From assembly GCA_964016885.1 (NCBI GenBank), contig OZ024752.1, positions 4,588,001 to 4,652,000 on the forward strand: a DNA stretch of 64,000 nt, given 5' to 3'. The stretch comes from Eledone cirrhosa (taxonomy: Eukaryota). Positions within the stretch are counted from its first letter, which is position 1, and each line of letters starts with the position of its first letter. The notes under the pieces are model-generated. The model had not been told where the DNA came from, searched no databases, and was given only the letters and a program-made list of their open reading frames with translations. Shown one piece after another: positions 44,191-59,360 of the stretch. A program made the translations under genes and the position numbers.

Positions 44191-45157
44191 CAAACAATTA
44201 AAAAAAATAAATTAAAAAATATAATTTAAATACTTACCTATTCCTTTTGCTTTTACCGATGGTTTCACCTCACAAAAGATTGGAAATCCGAGGGACTTCC
44301 AATGGAAATGTTCAGTTCTTCAGAAAGCATTTTCCCTACATAGGATGAAAGTCCCACGAACAGCAAAATATATTGCATTCTGCCAGCTAGTGCAGGATCG
44401 AATGAGGCCGTAAACTTGACCTACACATGAACTAGCCCTTAGTAGAAGCGGAAGTAAACATAGACGTGTTGTCTATCACGCCACTAAAAATAGCAGCTAG
44501 GTAAAACAACGGATTTTTTTCTCTACACATAGGAGAATATATAAAAAGTAGATCAATATTACCACAGGTACTAAGATTATGTGAGATAAAGCCTTTACCA
44601 TGAAAATACAATGGTATATGTAGAGTAATGTAAACGATAAAGGGTTAAATAATGTTTAGTTATTTATTTGGTATGTCCTTCCTTTTATATAAAAGTAAAA
44701 TGTGGTTTAAAAGGAATTTGACTACTATTTCTAGCAAGTCAATTGACCACATACAGAGTTATTCAAATCTAAGCACCACCATAAGTGTGTGTATGTGTGG
44801 TAGAATTTTCTCCCTTTACCACATTTTAACAGGCATACTAGGACTACCTTTAACATATGACCTCAGTATCTCTCCCACCCACCCTCACCTTCCCCACCAC
44901 ATATCTCACCAACCCTCATCCATCTCCTGCCTGGCCTCCACAGTAGAATGATGATGTGCAGGTGAGGAAAGGCCCTCTAGGGAACAAATATACTTGACTA
45001 GCTGGCTGGTTAGATTTTGGTTCAGTGCTTCTGTGAGTGTGTGTATGCGGCTGTGAGTGTGTGTGTGTTTGTGTGTGTATATATGAGTCTGTGTTTGTTG
45101 ACTTTCGTTAGTCTGTGGTCCAATGGAGAGGAAGACATCTAATTAGATATAGAGGAA

Positions 45158-46778
45158 TGGTGTTGGTGATAGTGATGGTGGTAGTGGTAGTGATGGTGTT
45201 GGTGGTAGTGGTAGTGATGGTGTTGGTGGTAGTGGTAGTGATGGTGTTGGTGGTAGTGGTAGTGATGGTGTTGGTGGTAGTGGTAGTGATGGTGTTGGTG
45301 GTAGTGGTAGTGATGGTGGTAGTGGTAGTGGTAGTGATGGTGTTGGTGGTAGTGGTAGTGATGGTGGTAGTGATGGTGTTGGTGGTAGTGGTAGTGATGG
45401 TGTTGGTGGTGGTGGTAGTGATGGTGTTGGTGGTAGTGATGGTGGTAGTGGTAGTGTTGGTGGTAGTGGTAGTGATGGTGTTGGTGGTAGTGATGGTGTT
45501 GGTGGTAGTAGTAGTGATGGTGGTAGTGATGGTGTTGGTGGTAGTGGTAGTGATGGTGTTGGTGGTAGTGGTAGTGTTGGTGGTAGTGATGGTGGTAGTG
45601 ATGGTGGTAGTGGTAGTGGTAGTGTTGGTGGTAGTGGTAGTGATGGTGGTAGTGATGGTGTTGGTGGTAGTGGTAGTGATGGTGTTGGTGGTAGTGGTAG
45701 TGTTGGTGGTAGTGTTGGTGGTAGTGGTAGTGGTAGTGTTGGTGGTAGTGGTAGTGATGGTGGTAGTGATGGTGTTGGTGGTAGTGGTGGTGGTGGTGGT
45801 AGTGGTAGTGATGGTGTTGGTGGTAGTGGTAGTGATGGTGGTAGTGATGGTGTTGGTGGTAGTGATGGTGTTGGTGGTAGTGGTAGTGATGGTGATGGTG
45901 GTAGTAATGGTGGTGGTAGTGATGGTGGTAGTGGTAGTGGTCGTGATGGTGATGGTGGTGGTGGTAGTGATGGTGGTAGTGATGGTGGTAGTGATGGTGG
46001 TAGTGGTAGTGGTAGTGTTGGTGGTAGTGGTAGTGATGGTGGTAGTGATGGTGGTAGTGGTAGTGGTCGTGATGGTGATGGTGGTGGTGGTAGTGATGGT
46101 GGTAGTGATGGTGGTAGTGATGGTGGTAGTGGTAGTGGTAGTGTTGGTGGTAGTGGTAGTAATGGTGGTGGTAGTGATGGTGGTAGTGGTAGTGGTCGTG
46201 ATGGTGATGGTGGTGGTGGTAGTGATGGTGTTGGTGGTGGTGGTAGTGATGGTGGTAGTGGTAGTGATGGTGGTAGTGATGGTGTTGGTGGTAGTGGTAG
46301 TGGTGGTGGTAGTGATGGTGGTAGTGGTAGTGATGGTGGTAGTGATGGTGTTGGTGGTAGTGGTAGTGATGGTGGTAGTGGTAGTGGTAGTGATGGTGGT
46401 AGTGGTAGTGATGGTGGTAGTGATGGTGTTGGTGGTAGTGATGGTGTTGGTGGTAGTGATGGTGGTAGTGGTAGTGATGGTGGTAGTGATGGTGTTGGTG
46501 GTAGTGGTAGTGATGGTGGTAGTGATGGTGGTAGTGGTAGTGATGGTGAGAGAAAGGAGGAGAGTGAAGGTGTAGAAGTATAATGAGGAGTGATGTATGG
46601 GGGGTGGCAGGAGTGATAGGTCAGGAGGAAAAATACAAATAAAAGAAATCTAATAACAATTGCTACCACTACCACAACTACCACAACTACTACTACTACC
46701 ACTACCACTACTACCGCAACTACTACTACCACTACCACTACTACCGCAACTACTACTACTACTACCACAACTACCACA

Positions 46779-46819
<41 letters not shown>

Positions 46820-47215
46820 CGCAACTACTACTACAACTACTACTACTACCGCAACTACTACTACTACTACTACTACTACTACCGCAACTACTACTACTAC
46901 TACAACTACTACTACTACCGCAACTACTACTACAACTACTACTACTACTACCACTACTACTACCACAACTATTACTACTACCACTACTACTACTACTACC
47001 ACTACTACTACTACTACCACTACTACTACTACTACTACTACCACTACTACTACCACTACCACTAACTACCACAACTACTACTACTACCACAACTACTACT
47101 ACTACCACAACCACAACTACTACCACAACTACTACCACAACTATACTACTACTACTACTACTGCAACTACAACAATTACAATAACTACTACTACTACTGC
47201 TGCAACTACAACAAC
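45158..47215. repeat. Long compound triplet repeats (GTG/GTA/ATG)n then (ACT/ACC)n
   Basis: Direct reading; source of the poly-V and poly-P ORFs. Confidence 0.95.
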
Positions 47216-48187
47216 ATTTTACTAAGCCAGATACAAAAACAAACAAAACATTAAATGTTGACAATTTATAGGGAGTAATGGAGGTGGGTGGTGATGGTGG
47301 TATTGGTGGTGGTGTTAGTGGTAGTGATGGTGGCGGTAGTAGTGAGGGTGTTGATGGTGGTGGTGGTAGTGGTGTTGGTTGTGGTATTAGTGGTATTGGT
47401 GGTGGTGTTAGTGATGGTAGTGGTTGTGATGATTTTTATAACCTTTTGTATTTGATTTCAGTACATACAAATCTATTTTCAAGTATTAGCTTACAGCAAG
47501 GGCAACTGTATGCTATTTTCAGAAGTGTTTCTCTGTGTGTGTATATAGGGCTTCTTTGTGTGTTTGAAGGTGGTTGCTGTGTGTGTAAAGAAGTTTGCTA
47601 CATGTGTGTTATAGGTTAGTACATCTATGTGTCTATTCCATTTATGTATTTGTGTGTGTAAAGAAGGTGATTGCTATGTATGTGTGTGTGTGTGTGTGTG
47701 TGTAAAGAAGATGATTTCTATGTGTGAGCTTGTGTGTATGTGTGTAAAGAAGATGATTTCTATGTGTGAGCTTGTGTGTATGTGTGTGAGCTTGTGTGTA
47801 TGTGTGTGTGTGTTGATCCCTTTGTGTAAGTGTATTCTTGTGTGTGCTTTTGTGTATGAGTCTATGTATGTTGCTGATACTTAACCACAGGCTAGCACTG
47901 ATCAAGGACATTCCAGATGTGATCATCCCATCTTTTTCATCATATGAACCTAGAACCACATTATCCAATGTGTCCTTTATTTTAAGCTGCTAGGGTATGA
48001 TATGAGAAGCATAGGATATGGCTGCTATTTCTTGGAGGTCAAACAACTATGTAGAGTCTTACATTTTGACTCATATACAACTGTGTATGTGCTTTAATCC
48101 TTTCCTGACTGCATTTCTAATGAAATACTCTCTATTTCAATTAATGAAGAATTTTGAGGGATTTACTAAAATTATGTCATTACTAAG

Positions 48188-48474
48188 ATAGCATTTAAAC
48201 CAGCCATATCTGACCAGAATTCTCTCACCTCTTTCTGTTCAAACTGACCATAACTGGCCTCTTATACTTAAGGTATTATTCTCAAAATAAATAACATCAA
48301 AATCTTGTAGATTCGATATAATGTGAGATATTATGTAAGATAAAGCCTTTACCATGAAAATACAATAGTATATATAGAGCAATGTGAATGTTATGTGAGA
48401 TATTATGTAAGATAAAGCCTTTACCATGAAAATACAATAGTATATATAGAGCAATGTGAATGTTAAAAGGTTAA
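48188..48474. mobile_element. piggyBac-like MITE with internal duplication
   Basis: TAGCATTTAAACCAGCC...AAAAGGTTAA; ~72-bp internal tandem duplication. Confidence 0.65.
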
Positions 48475-48569
48475 TGTAAGGTCCTTTTACATAATTATGT
48501 TGGAAGATTTTAATTTAAATTGGAAACTTTCAAAATGGGTGGCTTTATTTCATAGAACCAGAGCAAATT

Positions 48570-48938
48570 TTGGCACAAGGCCAACAACGTTTGGGGAGGG
48601 GAATGCCGATTAAATCAACCCAGTGCATTACTGGTATTTTATTTTCTCAACCCCGCAAGGATGAAAGGCAAAGTTAACTCAGTGGGATTTGAACTCAGAA
48701 AGTAAAAAATAACAACAACAACAACAATTGTTTCTACTTTAGGCACAAGGCCAACAATTTTAGGGGAGAGGAAAGTCGATTAAATCATCCCCCTGTTACT
48801 TTATCTTATTGATCCCCCCGTACAGATGAAAAGTAAAGCTAACCTCGGTGGGATTTGAGCTCAGAGTGTGAAGAACTGTAACTATATGCTGCAAAGCATG
48901 GGTCTGACGCTCTACCAATTCTGCCAATCCACTGCCCA
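48570..48938 (-). mobile_element. Two SINE family A copies
   Basis: GGATGAAAGGCAAAGTTAACTC..GGGATTTGAACTC cores. Confidence 0.75.
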
Positions 48939-49087
48939 TTTATGTAAATGTTAGGGAACAGGTTATATCACATAGTGTATACAAAGGATAAACATTCTGT
49001 AAATATCAACAGATGGCTTTTGTGTGTGTTTATATTTCTATATACGTTTCAAATCTAGATGTGAGTCTGTGTATTTTACAGTTGAAA

Positions 49088-49595
49088 CATCATCATAATC
49101 ATCATCATCACCGTTTTACGTCCGTTCTTCCACGCTAGCATGGGTTAGACGGGTTGTCCTGTTGTGGGCAGTGTCTGGTCGGCTGACCATGCCTTGCTCA
49201 TACAGGAACTGATCTGGCTTGATTTCTACAGCTGGATGTCCTTCCTAACACCAACCTCATTTACACTGAGTGCTGGGTGCTTTTTTGCCGTAGAACCCCC
49301 ACGACCACTTTACAGTGTGGGCTGGGTGCTTTTTTGCCGTGGCGCCTACACGTCCACTTTACAGTGTGGGCTGGGTGCTTTTTTGCCGTGGCACCTCCAC
49401 GATCACCTTGCAGTGGGAGGGTGTGGGGGCATATTGTCTATATGCTTCAGCTTGTACCCATGGGAGGTCGGGTACTCTGTATTACTGCATGACGCCAGAG
49501 GTCACGGTCGTGTGTCATCGCCTTTGAGAGGTGTAATTGGGTAAGGTCGGCTTTTATCACCTCATCCCAGGTCTTCTTGGGTCTCCCCACTCCAT
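49088..49595 (-). mobile_element. RTE LINE 3' end
   Basis: HGVGRPKKTWDEVIKADL; UTR with ~50-bp internal repeats; (ATC)n tail. Confidence 0.88.
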
Positions 49596-49823
49596 GAAAG
49601 ATGCATGTAAATATGTTGAATGAGGTGGCAGATTTGGCAAATTCATTAGAGTGTTGGGGAAAAAAGTGCTGCAATATTTGATCTGGCTCTTTACATTATG
49701 AGTTTGAAATCCTACCAAGGCCAACTTTGCCTTTCATCCTTCTAGGTTGATAAAATAAAGTACCAGTCATCTACTGGGGGTCAATGTAGTTGACTCTTCC
49801 TCCCCACAAATTGTTGGCCTTGT

Positions 49824-50210
49824 TCATCATCATCATCATTTTACGTCCGCCTTTTCCCTGCTTGCAAGGGTGGGATGGGAACTGATTCTGGCTTGATTTC
49901 TACAGCTGGATGCCCTTCCTAACACCAACCTCATTTACAGTGAGTGCTGGGGAATATTTTTGCCGTGGCACCTCCATGTCCACTTTGCAGTGTGGGCTGG
50001 GTGCTTTTTTGCCGTGGCACCTCCACGTCCACTTTGCAGTGGAATGATAGGGATCCCAGTCCCTATCGTCTCATTTCTACAGCTGAGTAAACTGGAGCAA
50101 TGTGAAATAAAGTGTCTTGCTCAAGGAAACAACACATCACCCGGTCTGAGAATTGAACTCACAATCTTTCGATTGCAAGCCCAATGCTCTAGCCACTAAG
50201 CCATGTGCCC
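49824..50210 (-). mobile_element. SINE family B, near full length, with RTE tail
   Basis: Reverse complement of 40136-40438 plus tRNA-like head (TGGCTTAGTGGCTAGAGC). Confidence 0.85.
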
Positions 50211-50246
50211 CCATGTTCCTAAATTAGAAACCATTATCATTATTTT

Positions 50247-50572
50247 GGTGGATTGGCAGTATCGGTAATTGCTTGGAAGCCATGCTTTGACACATAGAGC
50301 TACGGCCCTTGCCATTCTAAGTTCAAATCCTGCCGAGGTTAATTTTGCCTTTCATCCTTACGGGGTCGATAAAATAAAGTACCAGTAATTCACTGGGTAA
50401 TTGCTGGCCTTGTGCCAAAAGTAGAAACAATTATTTTAGAAAGAAAAAGGGCAGTGGATTGGCCCTTTACGTTCTGATTTCAAATCCCATCAAGGTTAGT
50501 GTTGCCTTTCATCATCCTTACGGAGTCGATAAAATAAAGTACCAGTCACGCACTGGGGTTGATTTAATCAGT
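50247..50572 (+). mobile_element. Two SINE family A copies
   Basis: Core motifs at about 50320-50385 and 50478-50546. Confidence 0.78.
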
Positions 50573-50680
50573 TATACTCATTTTTTAGTTGATGACCTTG
50601 TGAGAGGAACTGACTGGCTTTGATAAACTTTCACTCCACCCCTTATGAGGTTATATGTGAACTGTGTATGAGGGGGAATA

Positions 50681-51000
50681 TTAGGTGTAGTGGTAGTGAA
50701 TTTCGGGAAGCATGGAAATTTTGAAGGATGCAGTGTCCCAACAGCTAACAACTGATACAGGTAGTTTGTTCCAAGATTCAGCAATTCTGAGCATGAAAAA
50801 ACATTTCCGGTAGTCATGGGAACTGTACTGTTTTCTGATTTTGTAAGCATGTCCATGGGTGCTAGACACATGGAATTCAAAAAGGTGCTCAAGATTGTTG
50901 TTGGAAAGATGGTTAATAAACTTGTGAGTGTCTACCAAGTCAGTTGCCAGATATCGGAGCTTTAATGTATCATTGGAAGCAAGGCATTTAGAGTATGGTA
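50681..51000 (-). mobile_element. CR1-type LINE 3' fragment
   Basis: THGHAYKIRKQ...RKCFFMLRIAESWNKLPVSVV...SFK, the CR1/L2 C-terminal 'RGH..K...R..FF..R....WN.LP..VV' motif. Confidence 0.75.
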
Positions 51001-51856
51001 GATGCCTGATGGAGGTATTCGTTTGGTTGCAAGGCTCTGAACAGTTTCCAGGAGATCAATATTGCATTAATGCAACAGATTTAAATAGGGCTTGGGTGGG
51101 GGTTGTGGTGGTGTGTCACTGTCAAATGATTCAGGTGTGACATGTTGCAAATTTGCACCTTTTCACATGCCATAATTATTATATATTTCATTACTTGTGT
51201 GTGTGTTATGTATGTGTGTTATGTATGTTTGTGTGCATGTGTGTATGTTTGTTTTATTAATTCTGTGTGATCCAGGTGAGATACACAGGTAATTAACTAC
51301 GGAATTTAACTTTGTTTCAAGGATATTGTATGGTGTTAGAAGGTTGGGGAGAATTGATAAACAAGCGAGAGAAAGGGAAATGACTAGAAAAATCAAAGGG
51401 ATTGTAAAACTAGAAAAAAGTAACGATAAAAAAAATAAAAGTAAATACATGAAATATGAGCAATAACTTGAAGCATTGAAAATATCAGAAACCACCTAGG
51501 GTGCCATCATTACTTGATTTATCAGAAATAACATCCTACTCTCTCTCAGATCATACCTTCATACAGTGATTTCTAGACATCAAACACCAACAGTGATATA
51601 AGCCAGTAAAATCTAGAAATAACAGCCAACTTTTACTCATACCAACATTCTAATGCAGAGATTTTTTTAACGTTTTTCACTCGAAAACCAACTTTCCGTA
51701 ATACCACATCTTAACCCTTTGGCATTTAACCATCGGAGCACAACTAATTTCTTCTGCTTTAACAGAGAGTAAAAAAAGAGAAAGATATATAGAGGAAGAA
51801 TTGACTCCAGTACTATGATAACCTGTTCTAATTTTAATATGACTGCTTTAAAATGA

Positions 51857-52056
51857 TTAACCCTTTAGCATTTAAACCGACTGTATCCGGCCAGAATTCT
51901 CTCACCATCTTCTGTTCAAAACGGCTCATACTTATGTTCAGGTACTGTTCTCAAAATAAATAGCAAAATCTCATAGATTCAATATTATGTGAGATAAAGT
52001 GTTTAATGTGAAAATACAGCAGTAAATATAGAGTAATGTAAATGGTGAAGGGTTAA
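51857..52056. mobile_element. piggyBac-like MITE
   Basis: TTAACCCTTTAGCATTTA ... AAGGGTTAA. Confidence 0.78.
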
Positions 52057-52430
52057 TGGGAAGATTTTTAATGTTTATTAGTCCACAACACACTGAATAA
52101 AGAGCTAAAAATATGTTATGACACACACTATTAGTTGATTTTTTTTAAAAGTTTTATTTTATATTTTAAAAAAAATGTATTGAATTTATTTTAGAACTGA
52201 GATGGGTGCACTCATTGTGCTACAGAGAAAAAACCCCACTGATGCAGTGTATTGGAAACACTCAAGATTTCTGAATAAGCTGACATTTTATAACTTGCCT
52301 CAAACACTCGTGGCACATAGGCAGATAATATGCAACGCTTTAGTATCAAACTGAGAAGATTCAGAAGGATTATTAGACATATGATAGGCTTCTACACAGT
52401 TTCCTTCCACCAAATTCCACTTATAAGATA

Positions 52431-52803
52431 CAGTAGAACCTTGCAGTACGAGTGTCCCATTGAACGAGTGATTTGCTGTACAAGCCAAGGCTCATTCGAA
52501 TTTTGTCTTGTACTGCGGATTTCCACTCGTACTACAAGCGAGTTTCATACAATTAATAGAACCAGTTTACATATTTCTTTTGCATTCTCTTTTATTATAT
52601 TTTTATAATTGTCATTTTCCTTGTAATGGCACCTTTTCTGTTTTAAAACCCTTAAAAAATAATTTTTTGGTATTTTGGGCAGACTGGAATGGATTATTTA
52701 TATTTTAATTAATTTCAATGGGGAAATTGATGTGAAAAATGAGTAAATCGTAAAACGAGTTCGACCGTGGAATGAATTAAACCCGTACTGCCAGGTATCA
52801 CTG
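52431..52803. mobile_element. pogo/Tigger-like MITE
   Basis: TA-CAGTAGAACCTTGCAGTACGAGT ... ACCCGTACTGCCAGGTATCACTG-TA: imperfect TIRs with TA flanks. Confidence 0.7.
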
Positions 52804-53145
52804 TATATGTAACACTTTAGTATCAAACTGAGAAGATTCAAATGGATTATAATAATTGTTTCTACCTTTGGCACATAGCCAGCAATTACTCCAGTGTATT
52901 ACTGGTACTTTAGGCAAAGTTAAACTCAGAACATAAAGGGCCATAACTCTATGCTGCAAAGCATGGTGTCTGATGCTCTACCAATACTGCCAATCCACTG
53001 CTGTTTATCCACAGAAGGATTATAAGAATGAAAATGATTGTGTACAGTGCTCAGGTGCACTCATTTCGTTACTTAGTACCCTTGCAGAATACTGCCATCA
53101 CTAACTACAACTATTACTATGACAGGCTTCTGCACAGTTTCCTTC

Positions 53146-54390
53146 CACCAACACCACCAACACCACCACCACCACAACAACAACAACCACCACCACCACC
53201 AACACCACCACCACCAACACCATCACCACCAACACCACCACCACAACAACAACCACCACCACCACCAACAACAATAGCAGCAGCACCACCACCACCACCA
53301 ACAACAACAATAACAGCACCACAACAACAGCACCAACACCACCACCACCTACAACAGCAACCACCACCACCATCACCACCACCACCACCACAATACCACC
53401 ACCACCATCACCACCAACACCACCATCAACACCACACCACCATCACCACCACCACCACCACCAACATCACCACCACCACCACCTTCACCACCACCATCAC
53501 CACCACCACCACCACCACCTTCACCACCACCATCACCACCACACCACCATCACTACCACCATCACCACCACACCACCACCACCTTCACCACCACCACCAT
53601 CACCACTGCCGCCACCACCACCACACCATCACCACCAACACCACCATCACCACCACACCACCACCACCACCACCACCATCACCACCACCATCATCACCAC
53701 CACCATCACCACCACCATCATCACCACCACCATCACCACCACCATCACCACTACCACCACCACCACCACCATCACCACCACCATCACCACCAACACCATC
53801 ATCACCACCACCACCACCTTCACCACCACCACCATGACCACTGCCGCCATCACCACCACCACCACAATCACCACTGCCGCCACCACCACCATCACCACTG
53901 CCGCCATCACCACTGCCACCACCACCACCACCACCATCACCACCATCACCACCACCACCACCACCACCACCACACCATCACCACTGCCGCCATCACCACT
54001 GCCGCCATCACCACCACCACCACCACCATCACCACCACCACACCACCACCACCACACCATCACCACTGCCGCCATCACCACTGCCGCCATCACCACCACC
54101 ACCACCACCACACCATCACCACTGCCGCCATCACCACTGCCGCCATCACCACCACCACCACCACCATCACCACCACCACACCACCACCACCACACCATCA
54201 CCACACCATCACCACTGCCGCCACAACCACAACAGCAACCACCACAATATGGATGAGAAAACATCTAAACCAGATGAATTTGTCCAGTTTATGGAAACCT
54301 ACATACACCACCACCACTACTACTACCACCATCACCACTACTACTACCATCACCACCACTACTACTACTACCACCACCACCTACTACTAG

Positions 54391-54426
<36 letters not shown>

Positions 54427-54742
54427 CACCACCTTTACTACTACCACCACCACCACTACCACTACTACTACCACCACTAGTACTACTACTACCACCACCA
54501 CTACTGCTACTATCACTACCACCACCACTACCATCACTACTACCACCACCACCACTTTACACACCACCACCACTACTAATACTACCACCACTACTACTAC
54601 TACCACCACCACCACCACTACCACTACTACTACCACCACCACCACCACCACCACCACCACCACCACTACTAATACTACCACCACTACTACTACTACTACT
54701 ACCACCACCACCACCACCACTACTACTACTACCACCACCACC

Positions 54743-54792
<50 letters not shown>

Positions 54793-54810
54793 CACAACCA
54801 CCACCACCAA

Positions 54811-54867
<57 letters not shown>

Positions 54868-54907
54868 TACTACTACCACAACCACCACCACCACCACTAC
54901 TACTACC

Positions 54908-54939
<32 letters not shown>

Positions 54940-54955
54940 CACCACTACTACTACC

Positions 54956-54987
<32 letters not shown>

Positions 54988-54996
54988 CACCACTAC
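53146..54996. repeat. (CAC/CAT/CTA)n compound triplet repeats
   Basis: Direct reading. Confidence 0.95.
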
Positions 54997-55844
54997 TGTT
55001 CATCCTTGTTTATTGGGTAGGAAGGCAAAGGTTAATTTAAGCAACTTTTGAATAATTGCTCAGAGAAAACTGTTGGAATAAACATTAACACTCTGAAAAA
55101 AGAAAAATCTGCTATAAATTTGCAACAACAGATTTCCCTCCATTTCAAGTCTCAAAGAATTATATCAAAGATATTTACTCTCTCTCTCTTTTCCAGATTT
55201 CTTCACCATCTCTCCATTCCTATCTCTCTTTCCATCATTGTCTTCCCCTCTCTTAATTTAGAGATGAAGAGAGACAGTCAGTCAGATGCAAATAGAAGAG
55301 AGAGAGAGGAACAGAACAGAGAGACAATGATACAGACAGTTTCCTTTCTCCTCTTCTCTCTCTCTCTTTCTCTGTCTGTCTCTCTCTCCCCCTCAATATT
55401 TTTCTGTTTCTCTGTCAATACTAACCCCCCCCCCTCTCTCTCTCTCTCTGTCTCTTTGTATCTCTATCTCTATCATTTTATTTCTTTTTTCTGTTTTGTT
55501 TTTTTTTTGTTCCATTTTTTCTTTTGTTGGTCTTCTTCAAGAAAGAGAAACATTTTGAAACAGTTTTGTTTTTCCAGTGGAATCCATTAATTCATTAGTG
55601 GCTTGTTTTAATGGAATGGATTTTTCTGATTTTAAAACTTTAATATCGTCTCTTGTTTGTAACTCGCTTTTGTTTCTCTCGTTGTTGTTGTTGTTGGTGG
55701 TGGTGGTGGTGGTGGTGGTGGTGGTGTTGTTGTTTGATTCCTTTAGTGTTGTTCATTGACTGATCTGGAAGGTGGGGCGGGGTGGGCTGGGCGGGGGATG
55801 AGAATCAGTTGAGCATCGGACACCCTGCTTGGCAAGCAGAGTTT

Positions 55845-56008
55845 GTGGCTCTTTACATTCTGAGTTCAAATCCCACCGAGGTTAACTTTGCCTTTCATCC
55901 TTAGAGGATCAATAAAATAAAGTACCAGTCATTCACTGGGGTCAATTTAATCGACTTTCCACTCCCCTTCAAATTGCTGGCCTTGTGCCTAAAGTAGAAA
56001 CAATTATT
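55845..56008 (+). mobile_element. SINE family A
   Basis: GAGTTCAAATCCCACCGAGGTTAACTTTGCCTTTCATCC...AAAATAAAGTACCAGT. Confidence 0.82.
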
Positions 56009-56424
56009 CGAATATATATTTTAGTCCTCCTTGCATTCGGTGTTTAAATCTTGAGACCAACTTCATCTTTGATCTTTAGAATGGAGGTTGGGGAAGTTGA
56101 GATACAAAGTAAATTTCCAGAGCAGTTGAGTGGTGGAATCATTAAAAACTAGGGAGGTTATGTCCTTGACACAACTGAGGATCCTCCCAACCCTTTATTT
56201 GACAAGATTTCTATGGCTGGGTGCCCTTCCTATCACCAACCACTTTACAGTATATTCTGGGTGCTTTTATTGTGTAGATCATCAGGACTAGAGAGGTTTT
56301 GCTAAATGCCCCGAAGAGCTAAGTGGTAGTAAGCAAGGTGACTAAGATCACCACTTTAGGTGGCAGTAGAGTTTCAACGCAAAGAAATTGAAACAAATAT
56401 AGCAAGATATCTCATTTGACACTC

Positions 56425-56705
56425 TTAACCCTTTAAACTGGTCATATCCAGCCAGAATTCTCTCACCTCTTCTGTTCAAACTGGCTATAACTGGCTGTTC
56501 TTACTGATGTTAAGGTATTGTTCTCAAAATAAATAAGATCAACATTTCATAGATTCAATATTATGTGAGATAATTCTGTGAGGTAAAGCCTTTACCATGA
56601 AAATATGATAGTATATATAGAGTAAGGTAAATGGTATGTGAGGTAAAGCTTTTACCATGAAAATATGATAGTATATATAGAGTAAGGTAAATGGTAAAGG
56701 GTTAA
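56425..56705. mobile_element. piggyBac-like MITE with ~60-bp internal duplication
   Basis: TTAACCCTTTA ... TAAAGGGTTAA. Confidence 0.75.
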
Positions 56706-57065
56706 ATGGTTCGAACAATCCACCACACTAGTCTGGTACATTATTTATCAACTCTCAGAAGGACGAAAGGCCAAGAGTCATGTCCAACCCATGCCAGCAT
56801 GGAAAAGTCATGAAGATGATATCTCATTTTAATATTCTTTTATTCTTCTACTTGTTTCATTTGGTAGACTGGGGCTATGCTGGAGCACTAGAAAAATGTC
56901 TTATTGTTTAGTTCATACATAATTTAGTGAAGATGACATTTCCATATAATAAATGCCACATTCTCCCCTCCATATCACACACACACACACTTTACATATA
57001 AAGTTAACCCTAGCTTTATTGGGAGGAGGGACTCTTGTTGTTTGTTTGTTGTTGTATTCTTTCTG

Positions 57066-57107
57066 TTAATTTATTCATTTTCCACTTTCTTTCTTTTGCA
57101 GGTAAGT
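57066..57107 (+). promoter_or_regulatory. Candidate recursive splice site (zero-length exon, AG|GT)
   Basis: TTAATTTATTCATTTTCCACTTTCTTTCTTTTGCAG|GTAAGT: strong pyrimidine tract and CAG directly abutting a consensus donor. Confidence 0.5.
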
Positions 57108-58826
57108 TGCTGACCTTTATTGTGATTGAAATGCAACAGTAATAATAGTAATAATGGTAATTACATGCCTATTAGATGGATTTTCCCTCTTTTGTTTTTC
57201 TGGCAGTTCAATGGGTATGTACGTTATTTTGAGGTATTCTTTGAAAAAAAAGTGACAAAAAGAAACAAAAAGAACAATAGCAATCAGAATAAATAGTAAA
57301 CACCATAGCAACAATAACAATACCATCATCAAAATACTATAGTCTCTACCAACAATACCAGCATCAACAAATAGACCCCAACCTACATTTCTCTAATGAA
57401 ATGAAATATTGACTAACTTAATGTATATGTGTATGTTTGTATGTATGTGTGTGTATGTATAACTGTGTACACATGTATGAATGTATATATGCATGTATCT
57501 ATGTATGTAGGTATGTATGCATTTATATATATGTATATGTGTGTATATATGCATGTGTGTATATATATGCATGTGTGTATATATGTAGGTATGTATGCAT
57601 TTATATATATGTATATGTGTGTATATGTATATGTGTGTATGTATATATGCATGTGTGTATATATGCATGTGTGTATATATGCATGCATGTATCTATGTAG
57701 GTATGTATGTATTTATTTATATATATATGTATGTGTGTGTGTGTGTGTATATATGCATGTATGTATATATGCATGTGTGTATATATATATGCATGTGTGT
57801 ATATATGCATGTGTGTATATATGCATGTGTGTATATATGCATGCATGTATCTATGTAGGTATGTATGTATTTATTTATATATATGTATGTGTGTGTGTGT
57901 GTATATATGCATGTATGTATATATGCATGTGTGTATATATGCATGTGTGTATCTGCATGTATCTATGAGTGGGTCTGTGTTTGTGTATACCTGTGTGCGT
58001 AAATATAACTATATATGTATGTCTATATGTAAGTGTATATGTATGCTTGCCTATGTGTATATACATCTATATGGATGTGCGTATTTATGCCTATATGTAT
58101 GTTTTAGTTTTCTAATTAACATTTTCCTTGTAGTACCATGTAAAATGTAAAAAAAACCCTACTATTGACTTCACTGACTGATAGCTAATTAAATGTATTA
58201 ACAAGGAAAACTTAAAACATTCATATGATATCTGTAATAGCTCCTAATAGGAAATTAACCATATGACATGGCTCCTTTTCCTTCTACACTTTCTCATCAT
58301 CATTCATCATTATCATCATCATCACCACCATCACCATCATCACCATCACCATCATCATCTCCAACATCACTATCATCACCAAAATCCTCATCATTGCCAC
58401 CACCACCACCACCACTATCGCTATTGTCATTGTCACCACCACCACCACCACCAATACCACCATTAACATCAGCATTATCATCATCATCATTATCCTCCTC
58501 ACCATGCTCATGATCTGTTGTTATTGTTGACATCATTACAACAACAACTACTATAACACCACCACTACCACCACCACCACCACCACCAACAACAACAACG
58601 ATAATAATAATAAGAAGAAGAACATGAACAAGATGAAAATAAAATGTAATGTGTCTGTTTTTTCTATTCTCGCTGTACATTTAGGAATCTGATCTTACCA
58701 ACGGGCATTCAGGTAGTGTAATCAGATGTTATGGAGCATAAGTAGAGTGCTACTTTCATCTTTACACATACATACATCTATATAGAGAGACAGAGAAATA
58801 CATCATCATCACATACATGAGTATAT

Positions 58827-59358
<532 letters not shown>

Positions 59359-59360
<2 letters not shown>

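Noticed and set aside
44225-44560. Minus-strand donor (AATAG|GTAAGT at about 44237) and possible exon
   Set aside because: No convincing reading frame or acceptor; lies next to transposon remnants and is probably repeat-derived
45115-47264. 486-639 aa poly-Val or Pro-rich ORFs resembling extensin or mucin
   Set aside because: Compound triplet repeats open on both strands, with no splice context or unique domain
53028-55040. Pro/His/Thr-rich ORFs
   Set aside because: (CAC)n/(CTA)n simple repeats
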